Shown here one piece after another: positions 15,320-27,672 of a DNA stretch of 64,000 nt. The translations under genes and the position numbers were made by a program. The DNA is from the human T2T-CHM13v2.0 reference genome, Homo sapiens. Positions within the stretch are counted from its first letter, which is position 1, and every line of letters begins with the position of its first letter. A model generated the notes under the pieces. It searched no databases and had not been told where the DNA came from. It saw nothing but the letters and a program-made list of their open reading frames with translations. Where the stretch lies: NCBI RefSeq assembly GCF_009914755.1, contig NC_060925.1; one strand, written 5' to 3'.

Positions 15320-15632
15320 GGCAGGGTGTGGTGGCTCACACCTGTAATCTCAGTACTTTGGGAAGTGGAAGTGAGAGGACTGCTTGAGGCCAGGAGTTCG
15401 AGATCAGCCTGGGCAACAAAGTGAACCCTCATCTCTACAAAAAAATTAAAAAAAAAATTAGCTGGGCACAGTGGCTCACACCTGACTCAGCTATTCAAGT
15501 CTCAGCTGTTCAAGAGATTGAGGTGGGAAGATCACTTGAGCCCAGGAGTTCAAGGCTGTAGTGAGCTATAATCACGCCACTGCACTTTAGCCTGGGTGAC
15601 AGAGCAAGACCTTGTCTCAATGTCTCAAAAAA

Positions 15633-15663
<31 letters not shown>

Positions 15664-15672
15664 GAAAAAGAA
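15320..15672 (+). mobile_element. AluJ element inserted in an L2 3' tail
   Basis: J-type GCTTGAGGCCAGGAGTTC and CTTGAGCCCAGGAGTTCAAGGCTG; TSD AACATTAGA; L2 tail resumes with TGAATGTATGAATGA. Confidence 0.92.
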
Positions 15673-16214
15673 AAAACATTAGATGAATGTATGAATGACA
15701 GTCAGGTATAACTCCAAAGAGAAACCCTTTCCCTGTTACCACTTATTAAATCAGTAGGACTCATATCTGTTAATTTTCCTTCTCTCTGTAAACATCTTAT
15801 CAACATCAGAGAAAAAGAGACAGAGAATTAACAACAACATACTGAACGATGCCCTGACAATGAGAAATGAATCCCTTGCTAGTTTGGTAATGATGCATTT
15901 ATTTGGCTCTGGATCTAGAGAATTTATATTGAGTAGTCAAAAGCCTGGGAAGGACTGAACTCTGTTGAACTCAGAAATCCTCTCTTGAGAGTTCTAGCTA
16001 AACTAGAACTACCACAGATAGGTGATAGCAGAATGCTATATTTGAAATGCTGCAAATAAATAAATTTATACATGCAAATCAAAATCTTTTAGTAAAATCA
16101 CACAATTAACCTCTCACTGGGGAGAAAGAGCCAATGTAGATATATGCTTTAGAAAGTTGTTAATCATTTTCTCATTGCAACCTACTTTGAAATCACCTTG
16201 GCCTATTGTCTCTC

Positions 16215-16227
16215 ATATATATATGTT

Positions 16228-16265
<38 letters not shown>
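16215..16265. repeat. Imperfect (TA)n microsatellite
   Basis: Visible directly. Confidence 0.95.
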
Positions 16266-16544
16266 AACTTATTTTACACAATGTAGATTTATTTTATGCT
16301 GATATACTAGTAATGTTCTTCCCTACATTTTACAAACAATGAGATTTTCATTTATTGATGGCTGGTCTTTGCAATGGTCAGTACTCTTTGTAACTCTGAC
16401 TTTTTACAGCACAGCCTTTGGCCTCCCCTGAATTTAGTGTCTTTGAACACCTGCTTCATTTTGTTGGTGCTGAGATTTCACATCTCATGTGCACTAACTG
16501 CTGTCATGTTATATGAAGTTGAAGTCATGTGTTTTGTAACAATG

Positions 16545-16725
16545 AGCTCTGGAACTATCCCTTACTGGCAGTGTGACTTTGAACCTTACTGCTGCTCCAT
16601 TTAACCAACTGTAAAATGGTGATAATGGTAGAGCTGCTTCACTGATACTATTATTTAGTTCATGTTTAGAATAAGGTGTTTAAAACAGGTCTTGCAAAAG
16701 AAAGTGCTCAGTAAAATGGTAGCTA
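16545..16725 (+). mobile_element. MIR
   Basis: CTTACTGGCAGTGTGACTTTG...CTGTAAAATGGTGATAAT...AAGTGCTCAGTAAA core. Confidence 0.7.
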
Positions 16726-19001
16726 AATTGATATCACGCGTGTCCCCACAGTGGGTCTCCAATGTGACAGTCAATATCATTTGCGTATGAGCAGACAAAA
16801 CTCTCTAGGTTTTAGGGGTTCATGGTTGATATTTCCATTTTGCCCTTCAGTGTGAAATTTCACTCACGTAGGACTTCATGGAAAGAATCTACCATCTTTC
16901 AAGGACTTACACAATCTTATGCCATCCTACCTGCCAAGACATTCCAGCTGCAAGTCCATTTTCCTGTATTGCTGACTTTCCTGGGTCTTTTCAGGATTAT
17001 GTTACCTCTTCATCCTCATGCATGATTTAATTATCCGAACAAAGGTTCTTTCATTCACTCGAAGACAGCATAATACCTTAGATATTTGAAAATTTCTCAG
17101 AGTTCTAAAATTTCTCCTTTGTCTTTCACATCTTCCTTCTGAAAGATTTTACTAAGTGGGAGTTAATTTTATCTAAATTGATTCTTGAATATTGATCTTT
17201 GAAATCTGATGACTTATTTTCATAAATGTAGGCCAGGTCTCACTTGGTACTTAATGTTAATTTAGAAAATTCCAATAACGTGGCTAATGTTTGACAAACT
17301 TTGCCATTAATGCTAAACTGGGGAGGTCCCTTTGGCTTCCATTTTCAAAGGTGAGATCGTATCGTACTGATCCCGTCTGAGGATGCCTTCCTTATTAATT
17401 GAGGGTGGTGGGGCTGGAGTTTCTTCAAATCACTGGTCCATTCAATCTGATAGCAAGTCTGCCTGGGTGTTACTCATTTCCCATGCTATTTTCATGTCAA
17501 ATACTGCTGTCCCCTTATGCAAGGGATACAATTCATTGAAACCTCGTTGGACTTCCTCCCACTTAACATTCTCCTACCTTCCGTGTTGACATTCTTCTAC
17601 CTTCCAACTTCCGTGTTTACACTGAAAAAGCTGTTGCTGGGTAGCTTGGTTATTTTTTTTCCCATCAGACTCATAGGGATATTTTTGGATTATTGGTTAT
17701 GATGAATATTTATGGAAAATGTTGCTGTGCACTCCAGTGAGAAATCAGTGTTAAAGAGGCTGGTCCCACAGCTATCTCTGTGTCCCTGGAAGCCGTGTCC
17801 TTTTTCTATTTAATTAGTGCCAAGTATATGGTCTTGCATGAAGGAGGACCCAGATTGAACTCCTGTAGCATGATGTGTGTTTCATGCACTCTACTGTTTT
17901 CACTGATTTATGGCATTTAATTATCAATCTGTTAATCCAAGTTTTTGTTTAATTGGATTCATCAAACTAATTGTATGAATTCCACTCTGTTATCATGGCC
18001 TGAACCTGAATATCAGATTCCCTTAATAAACAGAAACAGTGAATGTGTTCCTGCTTCTTCCTGATCAGGAAGGGGGTCTGCAGTCCTCTGGTCTTGTTTG
18101 TTTCGTAGCATTTCATTTTGTATTCAGCATTTCTTTGAGCGCCCTCTTTGCTTCTTGGAACCTTGCCTTACTACCATTGCCATTCTCATAGGTCCCTGCT
18201 CTACTGGACCTAAAATGGTAGGGAAGAAAGGAAGAGGAGGGGAGTAAGAAGAGAGGAAAAGGTGAGCTCTATTCTCCGTCAGTGTGTCTGTGGCTGTATT
18301 GATTCGGAAGTTTAAAATCTAAACTCCCTGTCTACAGTCTTGGCCTGTCTTGAAGGTTGTGAGTCAACTTAGTGAATACATGCAAGGTACTTTTAGGCTG
18401 TCTGGCTGGGAGATAAGTTGGGTCCAAAGAAAGTAATAGTTCAACATAGCATTCTCCTTAGATGGCAGCCTCCAGGCAAGAAGAAAAGCCCATGGCTTTG
18501 CCTGGAAGTTCTTGTGCAGGTCCAGCGTGTCACCAACTGGTGCTTCAGACACTGAGATGAGGCAAATACTTAGCATTCAGTTTCTTAACAAAGTGATTAA
18601 CTTGATAGACATCTAGATTCTTTTTAAACATAAGAATATGGCTTTCTTTTCTTCAGGTGGTGTGTCCATTTTTGTCCATCGGATAGAAGGTGCTATCACA
18701 ATATAAATGGCGCGTTGCGTACGATCAGCAAGGGCTTCTTAAGTTACTCCCACTTCCTTAGTGATACTGTCCAGTCTCATTGCTTCAAACGCCAATCCCA
18801 AATGTCTCTGTTCCAGAACTTTCCCAAACTCCAGACTCAGATATCCAACCTCACACTTGACATCTCCACTGAATTTCTAAAAACTTCTGAAATTTAACAA
18901 ATCCAAAGCCAAATTCTTGTCTCCCCAAACCCATTTCACTTCTCATTCTTCCCATCTCAGTTGATGGCAATTTCTGTTTTTTTTCTGGTGGCTTAGGGTA
19001 A

Positions 19002-19353
<352 letters not shown>

Positions 19354-19448
19354 TGACCCACCAGGAAAGCTATTGTCTCTACCTTTAAAATATATCTAAA
19401 ATCTGCCCACTTATCACTAACTCCTGCTAATGCACTAGTTTAAGTCCC

Positions 19449-19967
19449 TATTGGGACATAGAATATGATACTACAAAGTACAGCACCTTGGAAACTGAGA
19501 AAACAGCAGAAGCAGAAAGGGTACTCTGACCATCTGCTGTCTTTCTGTGTGAGCTGATCTTAAAGGACTCTCTTGCTTACCTTCCCTGAAAGGTGAGCAT
19601 AAGACCCTTATGTGACAGTTGCCCTGCCCCCCAATGTGGAGGGAAGGAATGCTACACAGAGGCCAAGGAGATTCTGAACAAACAGCCATGCTGAGCTCCA
19701 GTTTATCACCATTAGATCATGTTTTTGTCCAATCACGTTTCTACACAGCTGTCCATTTTTCATATGCTTCATTGAACCTAAGCACAAAAATAGACAGTTT
19801 TCTCTGGGTCTTGGGGTCTTCATCTCTGAAGGCTCCTATATCACATAAAACTTTGGTCACATAAATTTGTCATGCCTTTCTCTTGTTAACCTGTCTTTTG
19901 TTATAGGGGTGTCAGCCATGACCCTGGTGATGGGTGAGAAAAAATATTCTACTTTTCCTCCTCCACA
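19449..19967 (+). mobile_element. ERV1 solo LTR of the MER34/MER39 group
   Basis: GAGAAAACAGCAGAAGCAG...; CTGAAGGCTCCTATATCACATAAAAC; TTGTTAACCTGTCTTTTGTTATAGGGG...CA end. Confidence 0.65.
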
Positions 19968-20131
19968 TCTCCATCATCTTTTCCTGGACGATTGCACTAA
20001 CCTCCTCCATGTCTTTCTGCTTCCACCCCATCCTCCCTTATGGTGTATTCTCAACATAGTTGCTGTAGGTCAATCTCATTTTTTTCTTCTACAGTGTTTT
20101 TCCATTCCACTCAGAACACTCAAAATCCTGA

Positions 20132-20660
20132 TAGTGGCTTTCTAGTTACTACAGCTGTGCAACAAAACATCCCCAAACTTAATGACTTAACATCACCATT
20201 AATTATGTGCAAAATTCTGTGAGTCAGGAATTCAGACAGGGTATAGTGGGGGGGACTTGTCTCCATCCTGCGATGTCTGGGTCCCTCAGACTCAGAGGCA
20301 CTAACCACCTGAAAGCTCATTCACTCAGGTATCTGGAGGTTGGTGCTGGATGTATTCTAAGACCATCACCCAGGTTTTCAGCTTAAACACCTACACAGGG
20401 CCTCTCCATGTGGCTTGGGCTTCCTCACAAAATGGTGGCTGGGTTCCCAGGACAGAGAGCCACGCAGAAACTGGACTCTAGCCTCAGAAGAGTTATAGAA
20501 TCCCTTCCATCATACTCAGTGGGTTGGAGCAGTCACAGCCTGTCCACATTCAAGAAGAGGGAAATAGTCTTTACCTCTTGATAGGGAGTGGCAAGGTTCT
20601 GGAAGAGTATGTGGTACCAGAAATATTGCTGTGGCCATTTTGAGACTATAGTCTACCACA
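20132..20660 (-). mobile_element. MLT1G/H-like MaLR solo LTR
   Basis: GGCCTCTCCATGTGGCTTGGGCTTCCTCACAAAATGGTGGCTGGGTTCC core; ends CTACCACA. Confidence 0.75.
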
Positions 20661-22363
20661 GTGGCCCGCTTGATTGGACCTGGGTTGTTTCTCTGCCTTC
20701 ATCTTTTCTCCCTATGGAACATTTGGCTCCGGCCACACTTGCTAGAGCATGCAGATGTGCTTCTGCCCTGGGGCCTTCAGACTGCCTACTCCATTCACAA
20801 GATGCCTGTTGATGCCCTCTTCCCTCCCTCCGCAAACTTTTATGGAGTGTCATTTCCCCAGTGATGCCTTCCCTGACCACTCTACAGCCCCTTTTCACTT
20901 GCTGTCTTTTTTTTTCCCCTTAAATCCTTATTGTCATTACCACCTTCTAATGTTTTATGGAATTTTTATGTTTATTCTTTAGCATCCCTTGCTGCCAGAA
21001 TGGAAGCACTACAGAAGCAGGAATCTTTACCTCTTCTGTCCACTGAGCTATCTCACATGCCTAGAACAGTGTGTGGCACATAAATATGTATGGGATGTGA
21101 AACAGAGAGGGCGTTTCTGGTTTGGGCATTTGGAATTTGCAATAATTGCTCCAGCTAGCACAACTAAGTTTGTGTGTTAGACCAGCATAAGTCAATAAAA
21201 AAAGATACCAACTTAAACAGTTGTTTTCATTGTGTAAATGTCTCTTTTTATCTTTTATGGACTAATGAACCAGAATGTTTAATTGTTTTAATTTCCATCT
21301 AAATATTTAGTTTCTTTATGAGGAATGGCAGGGTACTTTTTCCAGTTCCACAGTCCCTCACCTTACACATACACGTTGACTGAAATAGAAGTCTAAGAAT
21401 CCCCAGACACTCCAGTAGCATGAATCTGGGCAGCCTGGCTTCTGTGTTTCCACATTCTCCAACTTTAGAGTACATGAGCCCTTCAGCATAAATAACCCTT
21501 CAGAATAAAGGTTGTAATAAAAACAATGATAAAACCCACAATAACAATAATAATACTAGTAATAGACATGGCAGCACCATTGATAATTCCAGCCACCATT
21601 TGCTAGAAACCCCTTGGCTGCAGGTGTTCTTCCAGGCACTTGGTGTGCACGTCTGTTAGTTATTATCTTGAGAGGAAGGCACCTTCATTCCTCGGATGAG
21701 CAAAAGGGGAGAACTTGTTCAAAGTATATCAAATCTCTTTTATCCGTAAAGTGCCTCTTTGATCTGCTGAACCATAGCAATCATTCATTCCTTCAACATT
21801 TGGTAATTAGGAAGCGCTGAGTTTATCTCAAAGAGTAGCTGATCTCATCACTCATTGGATGTTGAGCAGTTGATTTCTAGTTACTGGCAGAATCCCATGT
21901 TTATGTTTATTTCTCAATGAAAGGTTCCACAATCCTCCTCTACCCCTAGTGTGGCTCTTCTGGTTCATCTGTAGGATGGGAATCATTACACTGTCAGGTT
22001 CTCTTTCCCTGTATTGGACAACCGAGCCAATGGCTATCAGTTGGGAAAGGTAAGAGATAGAGCACATGTCATCCAGTGATAGACTATCAGTGAGCTGCTT
22101 TTTAAAGACTACAGCAAGGCTGGCTCAGCGCTATTGCTCCAGCCTCTGACTTTCTCCTGCAGAGACACTCAGAGCCCCGGAATCCTCCCCAACTCATGAC
22201 TTCAGGCAGCCACTCCAGTGGATTTGAGTGTTTTCCAAACATAGAATGTTACGATTACTAGTGGCTTGACCTCAATCCTTTGGCTTTGAGCTTTTAGTTG
22301 AATGGTTTTTATTCAATTGTGACTGCAGTTGCATTAACTTTGGATTTCCTTTTTTTCCCCCAG

Positions 22364-22424
22364 AAACAAGTGTGAAGGAAAATACTATGAAGTACATGGA
22401 AACACTTAAGAATAAACTGTGCAG
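22364..22424 (+). CDS. DISC1: DISC1 internal coding exon (exon 10, 61 nt, phase 1 in / phase 2 out), about residues 661-681
   Basis: Branch-like TTAAC (A at 22337), tract TTTCCTTTTTTTCCCC, acceptor CAG 22361-22363 and donor CAG|GTAAGG at 22424/22425. Only one frame is open: (x)AA ACA AGT GTG AAG GAA AAT ACT ATG AAG TAC ATG GAA ACA CTT AAG AAT AAA CTG TGC AG = E T S V K E N T M K Y M E T L K N K L C S/R. This matches recalled human DISC1 ...ETAYETSVKENTMKYMETLKNKLCSCKCPLLGKVW..., and the numbering fits S704 lying in the next exon. Confidence 0.95.
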
Positions 22425-23554
22425 GTAAGGATAATAATTTCTGTATTTCAGACTCCGTAGCACATCTAGATTCTTTATTATAACAGAATTTAGTTAAATC
22501 GATGAAAAAGGCTGGCCAGTTTCTCTAATAAATTAACAAAGAAAGACACAAAAAAGCCTTTTGAACCCCATCAGTGAAAGAGCAGGTGCCAGCCCTCATC
22601 TTGTCTTTTAAAAAGTAAGTAGATTAAGATGTTTAAAAGTGTCTTGGAGAGATCACAGGAGAGTTTTCATGTTCCATAAGAGAAGAATCTTCTTTACTAT
22701 ATTAAATTCAGAATTCATTCCTTAGTCTGTTTTTCCCTTTTTTAAACTTTAGTGTTTGAGGGGGGTCTTAAGGATTTTAAGGCGGTTTATACATGGTTTG
22801 GAATAATATAGAAATGCACGTCTTAGGTTCTGTTTTGAATCCTGAATCAAAACCAGCATGAAAATTTCTGGTTGCTTTTTTTAAAACCCAATTAGGAATT
22901 CATCTTTGAGAAATGTCAGGGATGCTGCAGCATGACAAGATGTTTCTGGCTTTTGTGGATGTGTGCTTAGGAAAATAAATCCCAGTCATCAGAATCTGTT
23001 CCTAATTAAGGCAACAAGTACTAGAGTGGAATATGCGCTTTCTTCCCTGGAAGTCATTTAGTTTTATGGAGACCATTTTGCTATTATTTTGGAATTTGTT
23101 AAGTAACTCTTTAGATAGGCTATGCCTTAAGCCTTTGTCTGCTAGGACGCTGTCTTGAGCTAAAATGCTGCTTTTCCATTAAGAGATGTTGAGAGGGCCT
23201 GCCTTGCAGAGCCCTACTCTTCAGGGTAAGCAAGGCACTACAGGATTTATTCTCATCCTTGGAAAGCCGTCCTATAACCTCCTGATTGATCTTTCCCTGC
23301 TTCCCATGCTCCTAGACTTGGGAAGAATCTATGACACAGGTGGTTAGCAGAGGTGAGCAGAATGAGGAGAGCTTGCACCTGGGTCAGATGCTCCGCTCTG
23401 AGTCTGGCCTTCCTCCTCTCGCATGTGTTCGGGGCAGATTTCTGGCACATCCTTCTTGATCTCAACTGCAGCTGCCATTGTTTTAGCCATCAGCACAGCA
23501 CACACCGTAAGTTACATTAGGTTATCAGGCAGCCAGTGGTAGCCATAAGCACGT

Positions 23555-23765
23555 GGGTATTGGTAAAGAGACACCCATTTAAATTGCAGCTCTCCCACAT
23601 AAAAACTGCCTAACCTTAGGTAAGTGCTCACTTTCTGTTCAGTTTGTTTTGTTTTGTTTTTTTAGCTATATAACTGGAGGAAAGGTACCTACCTCCCCAG
23701 CTGGTGTGTGAATTTAAATACCATATGTAAAGCATTCATGTGATTGGTAGTAGGCACGCATTAGT
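23555..23765 (+). mobile_element. MIR with an internal (GTTTT)n expansion
   Basis: GCAGCTCTCCCAC...ACCTTAGGTAAGT...CAGTTT[GTTTT]n...GTACCTACCTC...ATGTAAAGC follows the MIR core order. Confidence 0.7.
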
Positions 23766-23782
23766 TTCCTTTACCTTCTTCT

Positions 23783-24087
<305 letters not shown>

Positions 24088-24126
24088 ACCTCCTTCTTTA
24101 TATCATTAGAACTGATTGGACACTTA

Positions 24127-26288
24127 TGAGTGGAAAAACACAAACTGCTTTTCCTCTGTTCTCACACAATGCAATAATCAACACAGAAGGCTTCTGTGAT
24201 GAAATACATGAGGGTTTCTCCCCACCAAAAAGTAAGCAATCAGTTCTGCTGCAGATACCAGCTGGGTGTCCTCTAACTCATTTCCGACACCAGCTACCTG
24301 GAGACAGCATCAGATGCCACAGGTTGAGGGCTCAGTCCCACAAGACTGCCCCACTTACAATGCCAATGGCAAGCCCAGGTTGTTTTGCCTGGGCTTCTGA
24401 CCAACCAACTAGAAATTGGGATTCCCATGATCCCCTCCTTGGGTTTGATTAATTTGTTAGACTGGTTCATGAAATTCAGAAAAACACTTATATTTACTGG
24501 TTTATTATAAAGGAGGTTACATAGGATACAGAAGAAGAGATGCATAGGGTGAGGTATGGGAAAGGGGCACCAAGCTTTCATGCCCTCCTTGGGCACACCA
24601 TCTTCAAGGAACCTCCACATATTCAGCTATCTGGAAGCTCTCTGTACCCTCTCCTCTTGGGCCTTTTGTGGGGACATCACTGGATAGGTGTGACTGAAGT
24701 ATGGACAACCATGTAGCAATGTGATTGGACAGAAACTGTGACCTACCACAAATAGACTGAGTGGGAAAACCCCACAGGGCCTGTGTGTTCAGATTCCCCA
24801 GCTTCTCTGTGCAGCGTTTCTTCCTTCAGGTGTGGGACAGGACTCCTTCTGAAATGAGGGTCTATGACCTACAGTCAGATAAGGTAGGTCAGAGAATTTC
24901 TTTCCTTCTTTCTTTTTCATAAGTTCAACTTTTATTTTAGATTCAGGGGGTATATGTATAGGTTTGTTATATGGATGTATCGTGCGATGCTGAGGTTTGG
25001 GGTATGATTGATCCTGTCACTCAAGTAGTAAGCACAGTACCCCTGGAATTAGTTTTCAACCCTTGCTTCCCTTCCTCCTCTGTCAGTCTCCAGTATCTAT
25101 TGTTCCCATCTTTATATCCATGAGTACCCAGTGTTTAGCTCCCACTTGCAAGTGAGAACATGCAGTGTTTGGTTTTTCGTTCCTACATTAATTTGCTTAG
25201 AATAATGGCCTCCAGCTACATCCATGTTTCTGCAAAGGACATGATTTTATTCTTTATATGACTGCATAGTACTCTGTGGTATAAATGTACCATGTTTTCT
25301 TTATCCATTTCACCATTGATGGGCATCTAGGTTGGTTCCATGACTTTGCTATTGTGAATAGTGCTGTGATGAACATACGAGAGCATGTGTCTTTTTGGTA
25401 GAATGGTTTATTCTCTTTTGGATATATACCCAGTAATGGGATTGCTGGGTTGAATGGCAGTTCTGTTTTAAGTTCTTTGGGAAATCTGCCAACTGCTTCT
25501 ACAGTGACTGAACTAATTTACATTACCACCAACAATGTATAAGTGTTCCCTTTTCTTCACAACCTCTCCAGCATCTGTTGTTTTTTGGCTTTTTAATAAT
25601 AGCCATTCTGACTAATGTGAGATGGTATCTCATTATGGTTTTGATTTACATTTCTCTGATGATTAATGATGTTAAACTTTTTTTGTATTTCTGTTGGCTG
25701 CTTGTATGTCTTCTTTTGAGAAGTACCTGTTCATATCTTTTGCCCACTTTTTAATAGAGTTATTTGTTTTTTCTTTGTCAAATTGTTTAAGTTCCTTATG
25801 GATTCTGGATATTAGACCTTTGTTAGATGCATAGTTTGGGAATATTTTCTCCCATTCTGTAGGTTGTCTGTTTACTCTGTTGATAATTTCTTTTTCTGTG
25901 CAGAAATGGTTTAGTTTGATTAGGTCCCACTTGTCAATTTGTGTTTTTGTTGCAACTGCTTTTGAGGATGTGGGCATATATTCTTTCCCAAGGCTGATGG
26001 AACCATAAAAGAGCCTGAATATCCAAAACAATCCTGAGCAAAAAGAACAAAGCTGGAGGCAACACGTTACCCAACTTCGGGCTAAACTGTAAGGCTACAG
26101 TAACAAAAACATCAAGGTGCCGGTATAAAAGCTGAGAATTTCTTTATGGTCAGCTCCAAGACAGAAAGGCAGGGGGAGATTAGGGTATATTTTTAGTTTT
26201 TATGAACTGCCTAGGGGAGAAATAACAGTGGATGTGGGAGTTATGAGCCAGGAATTGTAGATGAAAACCTATATACATAATTTCAACA
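24127..26288 (-). mobile_element. MER21-family LTR split by an L1 insertion
   Basis: CCACAGGTTGAGGGCTCAGTCCCACAAGACTGCCCC and CCCTCCTTGGGTTTGATTAATTTG motifs. The LTR resumes after the second TSD at 26134 (GGGAGTTATGAGCCAGGAA). Confidence 0.8.
24904..26133 (-). mobile_element. 5'-truncated, 5'-inverted L1 (L1PA15/16-like)
   Basis: Antisense 3'UTR and ORF2 end at 24904-~25999, then sense ORF2 segment at ~25997-26130; TSD GAGAATTTCTTT at 24892-24903 and 26134-26145. Confidence 0.9.
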
Positions 26289-26855
26289 GTCATGCTTGGA
26301 ACTCATCCTCTCTCCCTCCATGTCAGCTCCTCCTCCTGTTCATCCAGCCCAATGCACGGCCCACCACCCACCTGGCTGCCTGGGTGGGCGGGCACCATGG
26401 GCTCATGCTGGCTCACCAGCCTCCTTTCTCACTCAGTTCCCAGTCTTGTCAGTCTTGCCTCTTTAGCATCTCACAAGCCTGCCTACCTTTATCACACTGA
26501 CATTGTGGGCCCCTCTTCTGATCATAATAGCAACTTTTCCTGCTTTGCTGTTCCACTGTTGCCCTCTTACCACCTTCTCCAGGTGGTTTTGAGTAAGCAT
26601 CTTAAAATACCAATCTGGTCATTGCACAAGGCTGCCCGATGTCCTAAGCATAAAGCCTAAATGCCTTACCATGGTTCATGGCATTCTTCCATGTGGCCTC
26701 TGCATGTACTTGATTATCACCCATCACTACCCCATCATCACCCTATTGTAGCTGATACTTGTTCCCTTATGCTTCCCAATGCCATTGCATTTTTTTTTTT
26801 CTGGAAAGAAACTAATTTAGAAGGGGACATGGTTAAGGAGTATCATCCAGAGAAA

Positions 26856-26938
26856 TATTCGATTGAATCATGTGAAATTGCTGATATTTCACCATTTTTG
26901 ACCTAGAAAAATGACAATTTCATATAGTTAACCCAATA
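26856..26938. mobile_element. MADE2 mariner MITE
   Basis: ~83-nt imperfect palindrome TATTCGATTGAATCATGTGAAATTG...CAATTTCATATAGTTAACCCAATA with TA ends. Confidence 0.85.
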
Positions 26939-27208
26939 TTTAGGGATTTGAAGTCATCTTCAGAAGGGTCAGATGCTGTGGCTGGTCTCCTTGCCCTTGA
27001 CACACAGGCATAGTTTGCTCCCCCACCCCTCTGCATGTGCCCTGGTGGGCCTCTCCCAGCCCACCCCTCACCCTCACCAGGCCTTCCCATTCAGCCTTCA
27101 AGGTTTAGATTTCTCCTCTGTGCAACCTTCCCTGACTAACCAAGACTGAGTAATGTGCTTGCAATGATTTATTCTCACTTTCCAAGTGCTCCTTGACAGG
27201 TATTATAA

Positions 27209-27672
27209 TGTAGCAGGACAAGCCGCAGACAAAACTCCTCAGACGCTGAGTTAAAGAAGGAAAAGCTTTATTCGGCTAGGAGCTTCGGCAAGACTCACGT
27301 CTCCAACAACTGAGCTCCCCGAGTGAGCAATTCCTGTCCCTTTTAAGGGCTCACAACTTTAAGGGGGTCTGCGTGAGAGGGTCATGATCCATGTGAGCAA
27401 GCAGAGGGTACGTGACTGGGGGCTGCATGCACTGGTAATTAGAATGGAACAGAACAGGACAGGGATTTTCACAGTGCTTTTCTATACAATGTCTGAAATC
27501 TATAGATAACATAACCGATTAGGTCAGGGGTCGATCTTTAACTGCCAGGCCCAGGGTGTGGCACCGGGCTGTCTGCTTGTGGATTTCATTTCTGCCTTTT
27601 AGTTTTTACTTCTTCTTTCTTTGGTGGCAGAAATTGGGCATAAGACAACATGAGAGGTGGTCTCCTCCCTTA
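27209..27672 (-). mobile_element. LTR2 (HERV-E) solo LTR
   Basis: Minus strand runs TAAGGGAGGAGACCACC...GGCTTGTCCTGCTACA over 464 bp; 4-bp TSD ATAA at 27205-27208 and 27673-27676. Confidence 0.92.

Noticed and set aside
23666-23711. Idea that the MIR-derived exon explains a known ~695-aa DISC1 isoform
   Set aside because: From my recollection of exon 11, skipping exon 10 gives the same length, so the length match is not evidence.
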